From NCBI GenBank assembly GCA_016882265.1, contig VGVB01000008.1:5862-69861 (forward strand): DNA of 64,000 nt. Reading direction: 5' to 3'. Below the pieces are notes generated by a model, which ran no database searches, had not been told where the DNA came from, and was given only the letters and a program-made list of their open reading frames with translations. The translations under genes and the position numbers were made by a program. Within the stretch, counting starts at the first letter, position 1. Each line of letters opens with the position of its first letter. Of the stretch, positions 32,484 to 42,944 are shown piece by piece. This DNA is from Gammaproteobacteria bacterium. Its GTDB lineage: Bacteria > Pseudomonadota > Gammaproteobacteria > Steroidobacterales > Steroidobacteraceae.

Positions 32484-33434
32484 ATGAACATTCGACTGTT
32501 GTTCCTGACTCCGCTGGCCGCGGTTGCCGCCCTGGCCGCACCGGTGCCGCCGGCGCTGGCGCAATCCGATCCGCAGCCGGCGGTCACTGCCGAGCAGCGC
32601 CTGGAGGAGGCCAGCCGCCGCCTCGAGGAAGCCGCGCGCGAGGTGGCGCGCCTGTCGGCGGAGGTCCACGGCGCCCAGGACGTGGAGCGGTTTGAATTCC
32701 GGCTGGGCGGCCCGCCGCGTGCAATGCTCGGAGTCGTCCTCGGCGACAGCGACGCCGATCTGAAGGGCGTGCGGGTCACCAGCGTCAGCCCGGGCGGCCC
32801 GGCCGCCGAGGCCGGCGTACGCGCCGGTGACGTCATCGTTGCGATGGACGGCAACAAGGTCCGGACCGGTCGCGAAGTCGTGCGCGCGATGCGTGAGGTC
32901 GAGCCGGGCCGGAAAGTAGCGCTCGAGCTGCGGCGCGATAGTCGGCCGCTCCGCATCGAGGTCGAGGCCCGGGCGCGGGAAGGCGTCGGGCCGGGGCCGA
33001 TGGGCGGCATGTTCGTACCGGATTGGACGCCGATGCCCCCCGATCATTTCGAGCACTGGCTGCTGGGCGGCTGGGGTGATGCGGAGCTGGCCACGCTGAC
33101 GCCGGCCCTGGCCCGCTACTTCGGCACCGACAAGGGCGTGCTGGTCGTGCGCGCGCCTTCCGGCGTGAAGGAACTGCAGGACGGCGACGTGATCCAGTCG
33201 ATCGGCGGGCGCGAACCGGCGGATGCACCGCATGCGATGCGGATCCTGCATTCGTACCAGTCGGGCGAGAACGTCGAGATGCGGGTTCTGCGCGAACGGC
33301 GCTCGCTGACCGTCCGTTTCGCCGTGCCGGAGCAGCACCGGCCCGGGCCGATGCGACGCCACCGGATCATCGAAGCGGTACCCGCGCCATTGGCGCCGCC
33401 TCCGCCGCCGGCACCGGAGGCGGACCGGACCTGA
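32484..33434 (+). CDS. secreted tandem-PDZ domain protein (no protease domain)
   Basis: 316 aa. Signal peptide 'MNIRLLFLTPLAAVAALAAPVPPALA'. PDZ-like segments 'GVRVTSVSPGGPAAEAGVRAGDVIVAMDGNKV' and 'GVLVVRAPSGVKELQDGDVIQSIGGRE'. Pro-rich tail. Confidence 0.75.
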   Translation: MNIRLLFLTPLAAVAALAAPVPPALAQSDPQPAVTAEQRLEEASRRLEEAAREVARLSAEVHGAQDVERFEFRLGGPPRAMLGVVLGDSDADLKGVRVTSVSPGGPAAEAGVRAGDVIVAMDGNKVRTGREVVRAMREVEPGRKVALELRRDSRPLRIEVEARAREGVGPGPMGGMFVPDWTPMPPDHFEHWLLGGWGDAELATLTPALARYFGTDKGVLVVRAPSGVKELQDGDVIQSIGGREPADAPHAMRILHSYQSGENVEMRVLRERRSLTVRFAVPEQHRPGPMRRHRIIEAVPAPLAPPPPPAPEADRT

Positions 33435-33462
33435 AGCCTGCCTGTGCTAGTCTGCGCGGCCC

Positions 33463-35633
<2,171 letters not shown>

Positions 35634-35688
35634 TCCCGCGCCTTTCCGGGGATCGGCGCTGGCCGGTTCCGCTGCACAGAGGATATAC

Positions 35689-36015
35689 ATGGACTTCTTC
35701 CTGTCTCCGGCCTGGGCCCAGGCCGCGGCGCCCCAGGGCAACGTCTGGGTCAGCATGCTGCCGCTGGTGCTGATCTTCGTCGTGTTCTACTTCCTGCTGA
35801 TCCGGCCGCAGACGAAGCGGGCCAAGGAGCACCGCGAGATGGTCGGCCGGCTGGCCAGCGGCGACGAGGTCGTCACCAGCGGCGGCATCCTCGGCCGGGT
35901 CACCGAGGTCGGCGAGGTCTTTATCACGCTCGAGGTCGCCCCCGGCGTCGCGCTGCGCGTGCAGAAGGTGCAGGTCGGGCAGTTGATGCCGAAGGGCACG
36001 CTGAAGGGCGCCTGA
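35689..36015 (+). CDS. yajC: preprotein translocase subunit YajC
   Basis: Met26 of ORF 35614..36015. 'LPLVLIFVVFYFLLIRPQTKRAKEHREMV...GDEVVTSGGILGRV'. Confidence 0.92.
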   Translation: MDFFLSPAWAQAAAPQGNVWVSMLPLVLIFVVFYFLLIRPQTKRAKEHREMVGRLASGDEVVTSGGILGRVTEVGEVFITLEVAPGVALRVQKVQVGQLMPKGTLKGA

Positions 36016-36036
36016 GCCGGCTGGGGCCGCACCGCA

Positions 36037-37884
36037 ATGCATCAGTTTCCGGCCTGGAAGAGCTGGACCGTGCTGGTGGTTCTGCTGGCCGGCCTCGTGC
36101 TGGCGCTGCCCAACGTGTTCGGCGAGTCCCCGGCGCTGCAGTTGTCGCGCAAGGACCGGGCGCCGTTCACCGAACCGGCGCTGGCGGAATTCGCCGGGCT
36201 GCTGGCCGGTGCCGGTATCGCCAGCGAGACTGTCTATCTGGACGACGGTGGCCGCCTGTGGCTGCGCTTCGGCGACGTGCCGGCACAACTCGCCGCGCGC
36301 GACCTGATCCAGCGCCAGTACGAGGGTCAGTTCGCGATCGCGACCACCTTTGCCTCGCGTGCGCCGCGCTGGCTCGGGACGCTCGGTCTCGAGCCGATGA
36401 GCCTCGGCCTCGACCTGCGCGGCGGCATCTATCTCGTTTACGAGGTGGACGTCAACGGCGCAGTTACCCAGCTCGTGCAGGTCATGGAGCGCGACCTGCG
36501 CAAGACGCTGCGCGACGCGCGCATCCAGTACGACGACGTCGCGGCCGAGGGCACGCGCGTCAGCATCCGCTTGCGCGACCCGGCGCGGCACGACGACGCG
36601 CTCGCGGCAATCCGCAAGTTCGATCCGCAGCTCGTGCTGAAGGACGGCGCGACGCCCGCGGAGCTGCTGACCGAACTGACCGAGGACCAGGTGCGCCAGC
36701 GCCAGGATTTCGCGATCCAGCAGAACATCACCGCGCTCAACAACCGGGTCAACGCGCTCGGCGTGGCCGAGCCGGTGGTGCAGCGGCAGGGCCTGAACCG
36801 GATCGCGGTGCAGTTGCCGGGCATCCAGGACGCCTCCGAGGTCGTGCGCGTGCTCGGCAAGGTCGCGACGCTGGAATTCCGGCTGGTCGATCCGGTGAAC
36901 AGCCCGCTCGAGGCGGAGCGCAGCGGCCGCACGCCGCTCGGCATGCGGCTGTACCGGCAGCGCGACGGCGGCCCGGTGCTGCTGCGCCGCGACATCATCG
37001 CCACCGGCGACCAGCTCGTCGACGCGTCGTTTGCGCCGGCCCAGGGTGAGCCGGCGGTCAGCGTCGTGCTCGACAGCCGCGGCGGCGAGGAAATGCTGCG
37101 CACGACCCGCGAGAACGTCGGCCGGCCGATGGCGGTCGTGTTCATCGAGAAGGAGCGCGAGCTGGTCGAGCGCGACGGCCGCAAGGTGGTCGTCGATCGC
37201 TCGAAGGAGGAGGTCATCAGCGTCGCGACGATCCGCGGCGTGTTCTCCAGCCGCTTTCAGATCACCGGGCTGAGCGCGGCCGAGGGCCAGGAGCTGGCCA
37301 AGCTGCTGCGCGCCGGCGCGCTGGCCGCGCCGCTGTACATCGTCGAGCAGCGCCTGATCGGCCCGAGCCTCGGCCGCGACAACATCCAGCGTGGCTACCA
37401 GGCGCTGCTGCTCGGCATGGCGGTCCTGTTCGCCTTCATGGCCGTCTACTACCGGGTGTTCGGCCTGGTCGCCTGCGCGGTGCTGGCCGCCAACGTGGTG
37501 TTGATCACCGCGCTGCTGTCCCTGTTCAAGGCGGCCCTGACCCTGCCCGGCATCGCCGGCATCGTGCTGACGGTTGGCATGGCGGTCGACGCCAATATCC
37601 TGATCTTCGAGCGCATCCGCGAGGAGCTGCGCAACGGCAGCAGTCCGGTCGCCGCGATTACTGCCGGCTTCGAGCGCGCGTTCTCGGCGATCCTCGATTC
37701 GAACGTCACGACCCTGATCGCCGGCATCATGCTGTTCGCGTTCGGCACCGGGCCGATCAAGGGCTTCGCGGTGGTGCTGAACCTCGGCATCCTGACCTCG
37801 ATGTTCACGGCGCTGGTCGGCAGCCGGGCGCTGCTGCACGTGATCTACGGCCGCCGCCGGCGCGTCGAGCGGCTGGCGATCTGA
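36037..37884 (+). CDS. secD: protein translocase subunit SecD
   Basis: 615 aa. Large periplasmic domain followed by six C-terminal TM segments ('LPGIAGIVLTVGMAVDANILIFERIREE'). Confidence 0.95.
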   Translation: MHQFPAWKSWTVLVVLLAGLVLALPNVFGESPALQLSRKDRAPFTEPALAEFAGLLAGAGIASETVYLDDGGRLWLRFGDVPAQLAARDLIQRQYEGQFAIATTFASRAPRWLGTLGLEPMSLGLDLRGGIYLVYEVDVNGAVTQLVQVMERDLRKTLRDARIQYDDVAAEGTRVSIRLRDPARHDDALAAIRKFDPQLVLKDGATPAELLTELTEDQVRQRQDFAIQQNITALNNRVNALGVAEPVVQRQGLNRIAVQLPGIQDASEVVRVLGKVATLEFRLVDPVNSPLEAERSGRTPLGMRLYRQRDGGPVLLRRDIIATGDQLVDASFAPAQGEPAVSVVLDSRGGEEMLRTTRENVGRPMAVVFIEKERELVERDGRKVVVDRSKEEVISVATIRGVFSSRFQITGLSAAEGQELAKLLRAGALAAPLYIVEQRLIGPSLGRDNIQRGYQALLLGMAVLFAFMAVYYRVFGLVACAVLAANVVLITALLSLFKAALTLPGIAGIVLTVGMAVDANILIFERIREELRNGSSPVAAITAGFERAFSAILDSNVTTLIAGIMLFAFGTGPIKGFAVVLNLGILTSMFTALVGSRALLHVIYGRRRRVERLAI

Positions 37885-37894
37885 GGGCGGCGAC

Positions 37895-38827
37895 ATGGAG
37901 CTGTTCCACAAGGCGACCAACATCCGCTTTCTCGAGCGGCGCCGCTACTGGTATGCGGCATCGGCCCTGCTGGTCGTGCTGTCGCTGGCGGCGGTCGCGG
38001 TGCGCGGCCTCAATCTCGGCATCGACTTCACCGGCGGCGTGGTCGTCGAGATGCACTTCCCGCGGGCACCGGACCTCGACCGCCTGCGCCGGACGCTCGC
38101 GGAGACCGGGCTCGGCGAGGCCCAGGTTCAGAGCTTCGGCACGGCGCAGGACGTGCTGATCCGGGTGCCGCCGGCCGAGGGGGCCGCAGCCCGCGAGATC
38201 ACCGAGCAGGTGCGCGCGGCGGCGGCTGCGATCGATGCCGGAGCCGAGCTGCGGCGTACGGAGTCGGTCGGTCCGCAGGCCGGGCGTGAACTGGCCGAGA
38301 AAGGGGCGACCGCGCTGCTGATGGCGCTGCTGTTCATCGGCGTCTATGTGATCGCGCGCTTCCAGTGGAAGTTTGCGGTTGGCGCGATCGTGGCGGTGCT
38401 GCACGACCCGATCGTCGTGGTCGGGGTGTTCGCGCTGTCCGGCCTGACCTTCGACCTGTCGGTGCTGGCGGCAATCCTCGCCGTGATCGGCTACTCGCTG
38501 AACGACACGGTGGTCGTGTTCGACCGCGTGCGCGAGCGCCTCGTGCAGATGCGCAAGGCGACAGCGCTCGAGGTCATGGATGTCGCGATCAACGAGACCC
38601 TGTCGCGGACCCTGCTGACCTCCGGCACGACGGCCCTCGTCGTGCTGGCGCTGATCGCCTTCGGCGGACCGGCCCTGCGGCCGTTCGGCATCGCGCTGCT
38701 GACCGGCATCGTCGTCGGCACCTACTCGTCGATCTACGTGGCCGGCGCGCTGGCGCTCGACCTCGGCCTGTCGCAGCGCGACCTGATGGCGCCGGAGAAG
38801 CGCGCCGAGGTCGACAACCTGCCGTGA
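37895..38827 (+). CDS. secF: protein translocase subunit SecF
   Basis: 310 aa. 'LNLGIDFTGG', 'IGYSLNDTVVVFDRVRE'. Confidence 0.95.
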   Translation: MELFHKATNIRFLERRRYWYAASALLVVLSLAAVAVRGLNLGIDFTGGVVVEMHFPRAPDLDRLRRTLAETGLGEAQVQSFGTAQDVLIRVPPAEGAAAREITEQVRAAAAAIDAGAELRRTESVGPQAGRELAEKGATALLMALLFIGVYVIARFQWKFAVGAIVAVLHDPIVVVGVFALSGLTFDLSVLAAILAVIGYSLNDTVVVFDRVRERLVQMRKATALEVMDVAINETLSRTLLTSGTTALVVLALIAFGGPALRPFGIALLTGIVVGTYSSIYVAGALALDLGLSQRDLMAPEKRAEVDNLP

Positions 38828-38863
38828 AGCGGCCGCGGGATTGCCGCGGAGCGGAGTGCCACG

Positions 38864-39634
38864 ATGCTCGAACTGCTGACCGACCCGGCGGCCTGGGTCT
38901 CGTTCCTGACCCTGACGGTGCTCGAGATCGTGCTCGGCATCGACAACATCATCTTCCTGTCGATCCTGGTCTCGCGGCTGCCGAAGGCGCTGCAGCAGCG
39001 GGCGCGGCTGCTCGGGCTCGCGTTCGCGATGCTGACGCGCATCGCGCTGCTGTTTTCGATCACCTGGCTGGTACGCCTGACCACGCCGTGGTTCACGGTG
39101 CTCGGCGAGGAGATCTCCGGGCGCGACCTGATCCTGCTGATCGGCGGTCTGTTCCTGCTGGTCAAGAGCGTCAATGAGATCCACTCGGCGCTGGAGGGGC
39201 CGGAGCAACCGCTGGGCCACGGCGTGCGGCTGCGCTCGCAGGTCACCGCGGTGATCGTGCAGATCGGCCTGATCGACATCGTGTTCTCGCTCGACTCGGT
39301 CTTCACCGCGATCGGGCTGGCCCAGCACGTCGAGATCATGGTCGCGGCGATCGTGCTGGCGGTGCTGGTGATGATGCTGCTGGCGCGGCCGATCAGCGAA
39401 TTCGTCGACCGGCACCCGACCATCAAGGTGCTGGCGCTGGCGTTCCTGATCCTGATCGGCGTCGCGCTGGTGGCCGAGTCGCTGGACTTCGAGATCCCGA
39501 AGGGCTACCTGTACTTCGCGATGGCCTTCTCGATCGGCGTCGAGATGATCAACCTGCGCATCCGCCGCCGCGGCCAGCCGGTCGGGCTGCACGCCGGCCC
39601 GCGCGCACCCGGCGCGCCGCCGCCGGGCGGCTAG
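38864..39634 (+). CDS. TerC-family integral membrane protein
   Basis: 256 aa. Multi-TM with the paired motifs 'EIVLGIDNIIFLSI' and 'DIVFSLDSVFTAIG'. Confidence 0.85.
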   Translation: MLELLTDPAAWVSFLTLTVLEIVLGIDNIIFLSILVSRLPKALQQRARLLGLAFAMLTRIALLFSITWLVRLTTPWFTVLGEEISGRDLILLIGGLFLLVKSVNEIHSALEGPEQPLGHGVRLRSQVTAVIVQIGLIDIVFSLDSVFTAIGLAQHVEIMVAAIVLAVLVMMLLARPISEFVDRHPTIKVLALAFLILIGVALVAESLDFEIPKGYLYFAMAFSIGVEMINLRIRRRGQPVGLHAGPRAPGAPPPGG

Positions 39635-40428
39635 TTGGCGAGCTCCGCGGGCACGAGCGGCGCGAACGCATCGACCAGCGCGCGATAGACGGTCGGATTG
39701 CCGGCCACGATATGGGGACCGTCCCCATATTCGCGGCCGGCGGGCGTGCCGACCAGGCCGCCGGCTTCGGTGATCAGCAGCACGCCGGCGGCCGTATCCC
39801 AGGGCGCCAGGCCGATTTCCCAGAAGCCGTCGAAGCGGCCCGCCGCGACGTAGGCCAGGTCGAGCGCAGCGGAGCCGGCGCGGCGCAGGCCGGCCGCGTG
39901 CAGCGCCACGTGTTCGAACATCGCCAGATACGGCTGCATCCAGCGCCGGTTGTCGCGGTACGGGAAGCCGGTGCCGATCAGCGCGCCGTCGAGACCGCGA
40001 TGGTTCGAGACGCGCAGTCGCCGGCCGTCGAGCAGCGCGCCGGCGCCGCGCGCCGCGGTGAAGAGCTCGCCGCGCAGCGGATCGAAGACGACGCCGGCTT
40101 CGAGCCGGCCGCGGTGGCGGCAGGCGATCGAGACCGCGAGATGCGGGAAGCCGTGCAGGAAGTTGGTGGTGCCGTCGAGCGGGTCGATGATCCACAGGTA
40201 CTCGTGGTCGCCCTGCCGGCCGCTCTCTTCGGCGAGGATCGCGTGCTGAGGATAGGCCTTGCGGATCGCGGCGATCACCTGCTGCTCGGCGGCCTGGTCG
40301 ATTTCGGTGACGAAGTCATTGCGGCTCTTCTCGCTGACCGACACGCCGCCGGCGCGGTCGAGATTGCGCGCGATCAGTTCGCCGGCCCGCCGCGCGGCGC
40401 CGACCGCGATGTTCACGAGGGGATGCAT
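39631..40428 (-). CDS. suhB: inositol monophosphatase family protein SuhB
   Basis: 265 aa. 'ILAEESG', 'WIIDPLDGTTNF', 'WDTAAG'. Its stop overlaps the TerC stop (CTAG). Confidence 0.92.
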   Translation of the reverse strand: MHPLVNIAVGAARRAGELIARNLDRAGGVSVSEKSRNDFVTEIDQAAEQQVIAAIRKAYPQHAILAEESGRQGDHEYLWIIDPLDGTTNFLHGFPHLAVSIACRHRGRLEAGVVFDPLRGELFTAARGAGALLDGRRLRVSNHRGLDGALIGTGFPYRDNRRWMQPYLAMFEHVALHAAGLRRAGSAALDLAYVAAGRFDGFWEIGLAPWDTAAGVLLITEAGGLVGTPAGREYGDGPHIVAGNPTVYRALVDAFAPLVPAELAN

Positions 40429-40524
40429 CGTCCGCTCCGGATGGCCATGGGCGCAGCACGGGCCCGCCGGGGCTGCTGCGCAGGGCGGCTAGAATAGCAG
40501 CATGCAGCAGGCGACGGGTCGGCG

Positions 40525-41718
40525 ATGAACACGGCGGCGGGGCGGCCTGTCTACCTCGACTACGCGGCGAGCGCGCCGCTCGAGCCGCGCGTCGCCGAGC
40601 TGATGTGCGCGTGCCTGCGCGATCCGGCGTTGCAGGCCAACCCGTCCGCTGTGCACCGCCCGGGACGCGCCGCCGCCGCCGTCGTCGCCCAGGCCCGGGC
40701 CCGAGTCGCGGCGCTGATCGGCGCCGGGCCGGAGGCGATCGTGTTCACCTCCGGCGCCACCGAGAGCGTGAACCTTGCCGTGCTCGGCACCGTGCGCGCG
40801 GCGCCGGCGGGCCGGGGCCACGTCGTCACGGCGCGCACCGAGCATCGTGCCGGGCTCGAGGCCTGCCGCGAGCTGGAGCGGGCCGGACATCCGGTCACCT
40901 GGCTGCGCCCGGACGCCGGCGGCCGCATCAGCGCCGCGCAGGTCGGCGCGGCGCTGCGACCGGACACGGCCCTGGTGTCGCTCATGCATGCGAACAACGA
41001 GCTCGGCGTGCTGACCGACCTCGTGGCGATCGGCCGGGCCTGCGCCGAACGCGACGTACCGCTGCACGTGGACGCGGCGCAGAGTGCGGGGCGCGTGCCG
41101 CTCGACGTGCGCGAGTCCGGGGTGGCGCTGCTCAGCTTCTGCGCGCACAAGCTGGGCGGGCCGAAGGGCATCGGCGCGCTGTACCTGCGGCGGCGGCCGC
41201 GGCCGGCGCTGCGGCCGCTGCTGTTCGGCGGTGGTCAGGAGGGCGGCCTGCGTCCGGGTACGCTGGCGACGCCGCTGATCGCCGGCTTCGGCCTGGCCTG
41301 CGAAATTGCCGTGGGCGAGATCGTGAAGGAAGAACCGCGGGTGCGGGCGCTGCGCGAGCGGCTCTGGGCCGGGCTGCAGCCGGCGGCGCCGGTCTGGCGC
41401 AACGGTGCCGCCGAACCGAGCGTGCCCGGGATCCTGAACGTCTGTTTCCCCGGCATCGAAGGCGAGAGCCTGCTGTTCGCGCTCGACGGGCAGCTCGCCG
41501 CGACCAGCGGTTCGGCCTGCAGTTCGGCCAGTGGGGAACCGTCTCCAGTGCTGACCGCAATCGGCCGTTCGGAACTCGCGGCGCAGGCCTCGCTGCGCCT
41601 GAGCCTCGGGCGCCACACGACGGCCGCGGAGGTGGACGCGGCGGCAGCGCTGCTGATCGCCGCGGTGCAGCGGCTGCGCCGGGCGGCGCCGCCGGGCGCG
41701 ATCGAGCGCATCGCCTGA
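40525..41718 (+). CDS. iscS: cysteine desulfurase (IscS/NifS class)
   Basis: 397 aa. PLP-lysine region 'SFCAHKLGGPKGIGALY'. Active-site loop 'TSGSACSSASGEPSPVLTAIG'. Confidence 0.85.
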   Translation: MNTAAGRPVYLDYAASAPLEPRVAELMCACLRDPALQANPSAVHRPGRAAAAVVAQARARVAALIGAGPEAIVFTSGATESVNLAVLGTVRAAPAGRGHVVTARTEHRAGLEACRELERAGHPVTWLRPDAGGRISAAQVGAALRPDTALVSLMHANNELGVLTDLVAIGRACAERDVPLHVDAAQSAGRVPLDVRESGVALLSFCAHKLGGPKGIGALYLRRRPRPALRPLLFGGGQEGGLRPGTLATPLIAGFGLACEIAVGEIVKEEPRVRALRERLWAGLQPAAPVWRNGAAEPSVPGILNVCFPGIEGESLLFALDGQLAATSGSACSSASGEPSPVLTAIGRSELAAQASLRLSLGRHTTAAEVDAAAALLIAAVQRLRRAAPPGAIERIA

Positions 41719-41725
41719 GGCGCGC

Positions 41726-42118
41726 ATGGAGTACTCCGAGGAAGTCCGCCGCCTGTTCGACACGCTGCCGCACTGCGGTGAACTGGCCGCCGGCGCCGGA
41801 CCGATCGTCGCCGGCGAGGCGGCCGAGCTCGAACGCGGCGCGTGGCTGCGCTTCGAGGCACGGCTTGCGGATGGCGCCATCGTCGATGCTGCGTTCCGGG
41901 CCTGGGGCTGCCCGCACACGCTGGCGGCGGCCGCGCTGACCGCGGCGCGCCTGCCCGGCTGGCGGGCCGGTACGCCGCCGCCGGTCGATGCGCGCTCGCT
42001 GGCCGGGGAACTCGCCGTGCCGGCCGACAAACTCGGGCGGCTGCTGGTGCTCGAAGATGCGCTGCAGTCGCTGCTGCGCCGCGCTTCTGAGCTACAATCG
42101 GCGCCGCCCGGGGGCTGA
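41726..42118 (+). CDS. IscU/NifU-N-like protein lacking two of the three cluster-ligand cysteines
   Basis: 130 aa. Collinear with IscU ('MEYSEEV...', 'FRAWGCPHTLAAAA', 'LVLEDAL'). Only Cys17 and Cys62 are present. The GxPxCGD and HC ligand positions are replaced. Confidence 0.7.
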   Translation: MEYSEEVRRLFDTLPHCGELAAGAGPIVAGEAAELERGAWLRFEARLADGAIVDAAFRAWGCPHTLAAAALTAARLPGWRAGTPPPVDARSLAGELAVPADKLGRLLVLEDALQSLLRRASELQSAPPGG

Positions 42119-42142
42119 TTCCCCGCGGAGTGCCGCACCACC

Positions 42143-42466
42143 ATGGCCATCACGCTGACCGCCGCCGCTGCCGATCGGGTCCGCCGCCATCTCGCCGAGC
42201 GCGGGCGGGGCGTCGGCCTGCGCCTCGGGGTCCGCAAGACCGGCTGCTCGGGCTTCGCCTACCTGGTCAACTACGCCGAAGAAGTGCGCCCGGACGACCG
42301 GGTGTTCGAGTCCGGCGGCGTGCAGGTTGTGGTCGATCCCGAGAGCCTCGCGCTGATCGACGGCACCGAGGTGGATTTCGTGCGCCAGGGCTTCAGCGAA
42401 GCCTTCCGCTTCCGCAATCCGAACGTGCGCGGCGAGTGCGGCTGCGGCGAGAGTTTCAACGTCTGA
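42143..42466 (+). CDS. iscA: iron-sulfur cluster insertion/A-type carrier protein
   Basis: 107 aa. 'GLRLGVRKTGCSGFAY' and C-terminal 'GECGCGESFNV'. Confidence 0.9.
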   Translation: MAITLTAAAADRVRRHLAERGRGVGLRLGVRKTGCSGFAYLVNYAEEVRPDDRVFESGGVQVVVDPESLALIDGTEVDFVRQGFSEAFRFRNPNVRGECGCGESFNV

Positions 42467-42507
42467 CCTTCCGGTTTCCCTGTCATTCCTGATCTCGCGA
42501 GGTATCC

Positions 42508-42939
42508 ATGGCGGTTGAGCGTACCCTGTCCATCGTCAAGCCCGACGGCGTGGCTGCTAACCTGATCGGCGAGGTCTGGCGCCGCTTCGAGCAGGCGGAC
42601 CTGCGGATCGTCGCGGCGCGCATGCTGCAGTTGACGACCCCGCAGGCCGAAGGCTTCTATGCGGTCCACCGCGAGCGGCCGTTCTTTCGCGATCTGTGCA
42701 CGTACATGTGCTCGGGGCCGGTCATCGTGCAGGTACTCGAGGGCGAGAATGCGGTCGCGCGCAACCGCGAGCTGATGGGGGCCACCGATCCGAAGAAGGC
42801 GGAGCCGGGCACGATCCGCGCCGATTTCGCCCGCAGCATCGAGGAAAACGTCGTGCACGGCTCGGACAGTGTCGAGAACGCCGCGCGCGAGATCGCCTAC
42901 TTCTTCGCCGCCACCGATCTCTGCCCGCGCAGCCGCTGA
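42508..42939 (+). CDS. ndk: nucleoside diphosphate kinase
   Basis: 143 aa. '[12 protein letters not shown]', 'NVVHGSDS'. Confidence 0.96.
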   Translation: MAVERTLSIVKPDGVAANLIGEVWRRFEQADLRIVAARMLQLTTPQAEGFYAVHRERPFFRDLCTYMCSGPVIVQVLEGENAVARNRELMGATDPKKAEPGTIRADFARSIEENVVHGSDSVENAAREIAYFFAATDLCPRSR

Positions 42940-42944
42940 CCTCG

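Noticed and set aside
38828-38863. Mn-responsive (yybP-ykoY) riboswitch upstream of the TerC-family gene.
   Set aside because: The gap after secF is only 36 nt, too short for that riboswitch. It contains just a 6-bp CCGCGG stem.
40490-40495. TAGAAT hexamer 29 nt upstream of the iscS-like start as a promoter -10.
   Set aside because: It is a plausible -10, but there is no recognisable -35 or extended -10 at the right spacing. The evidence is too weak to annotate as a feature.
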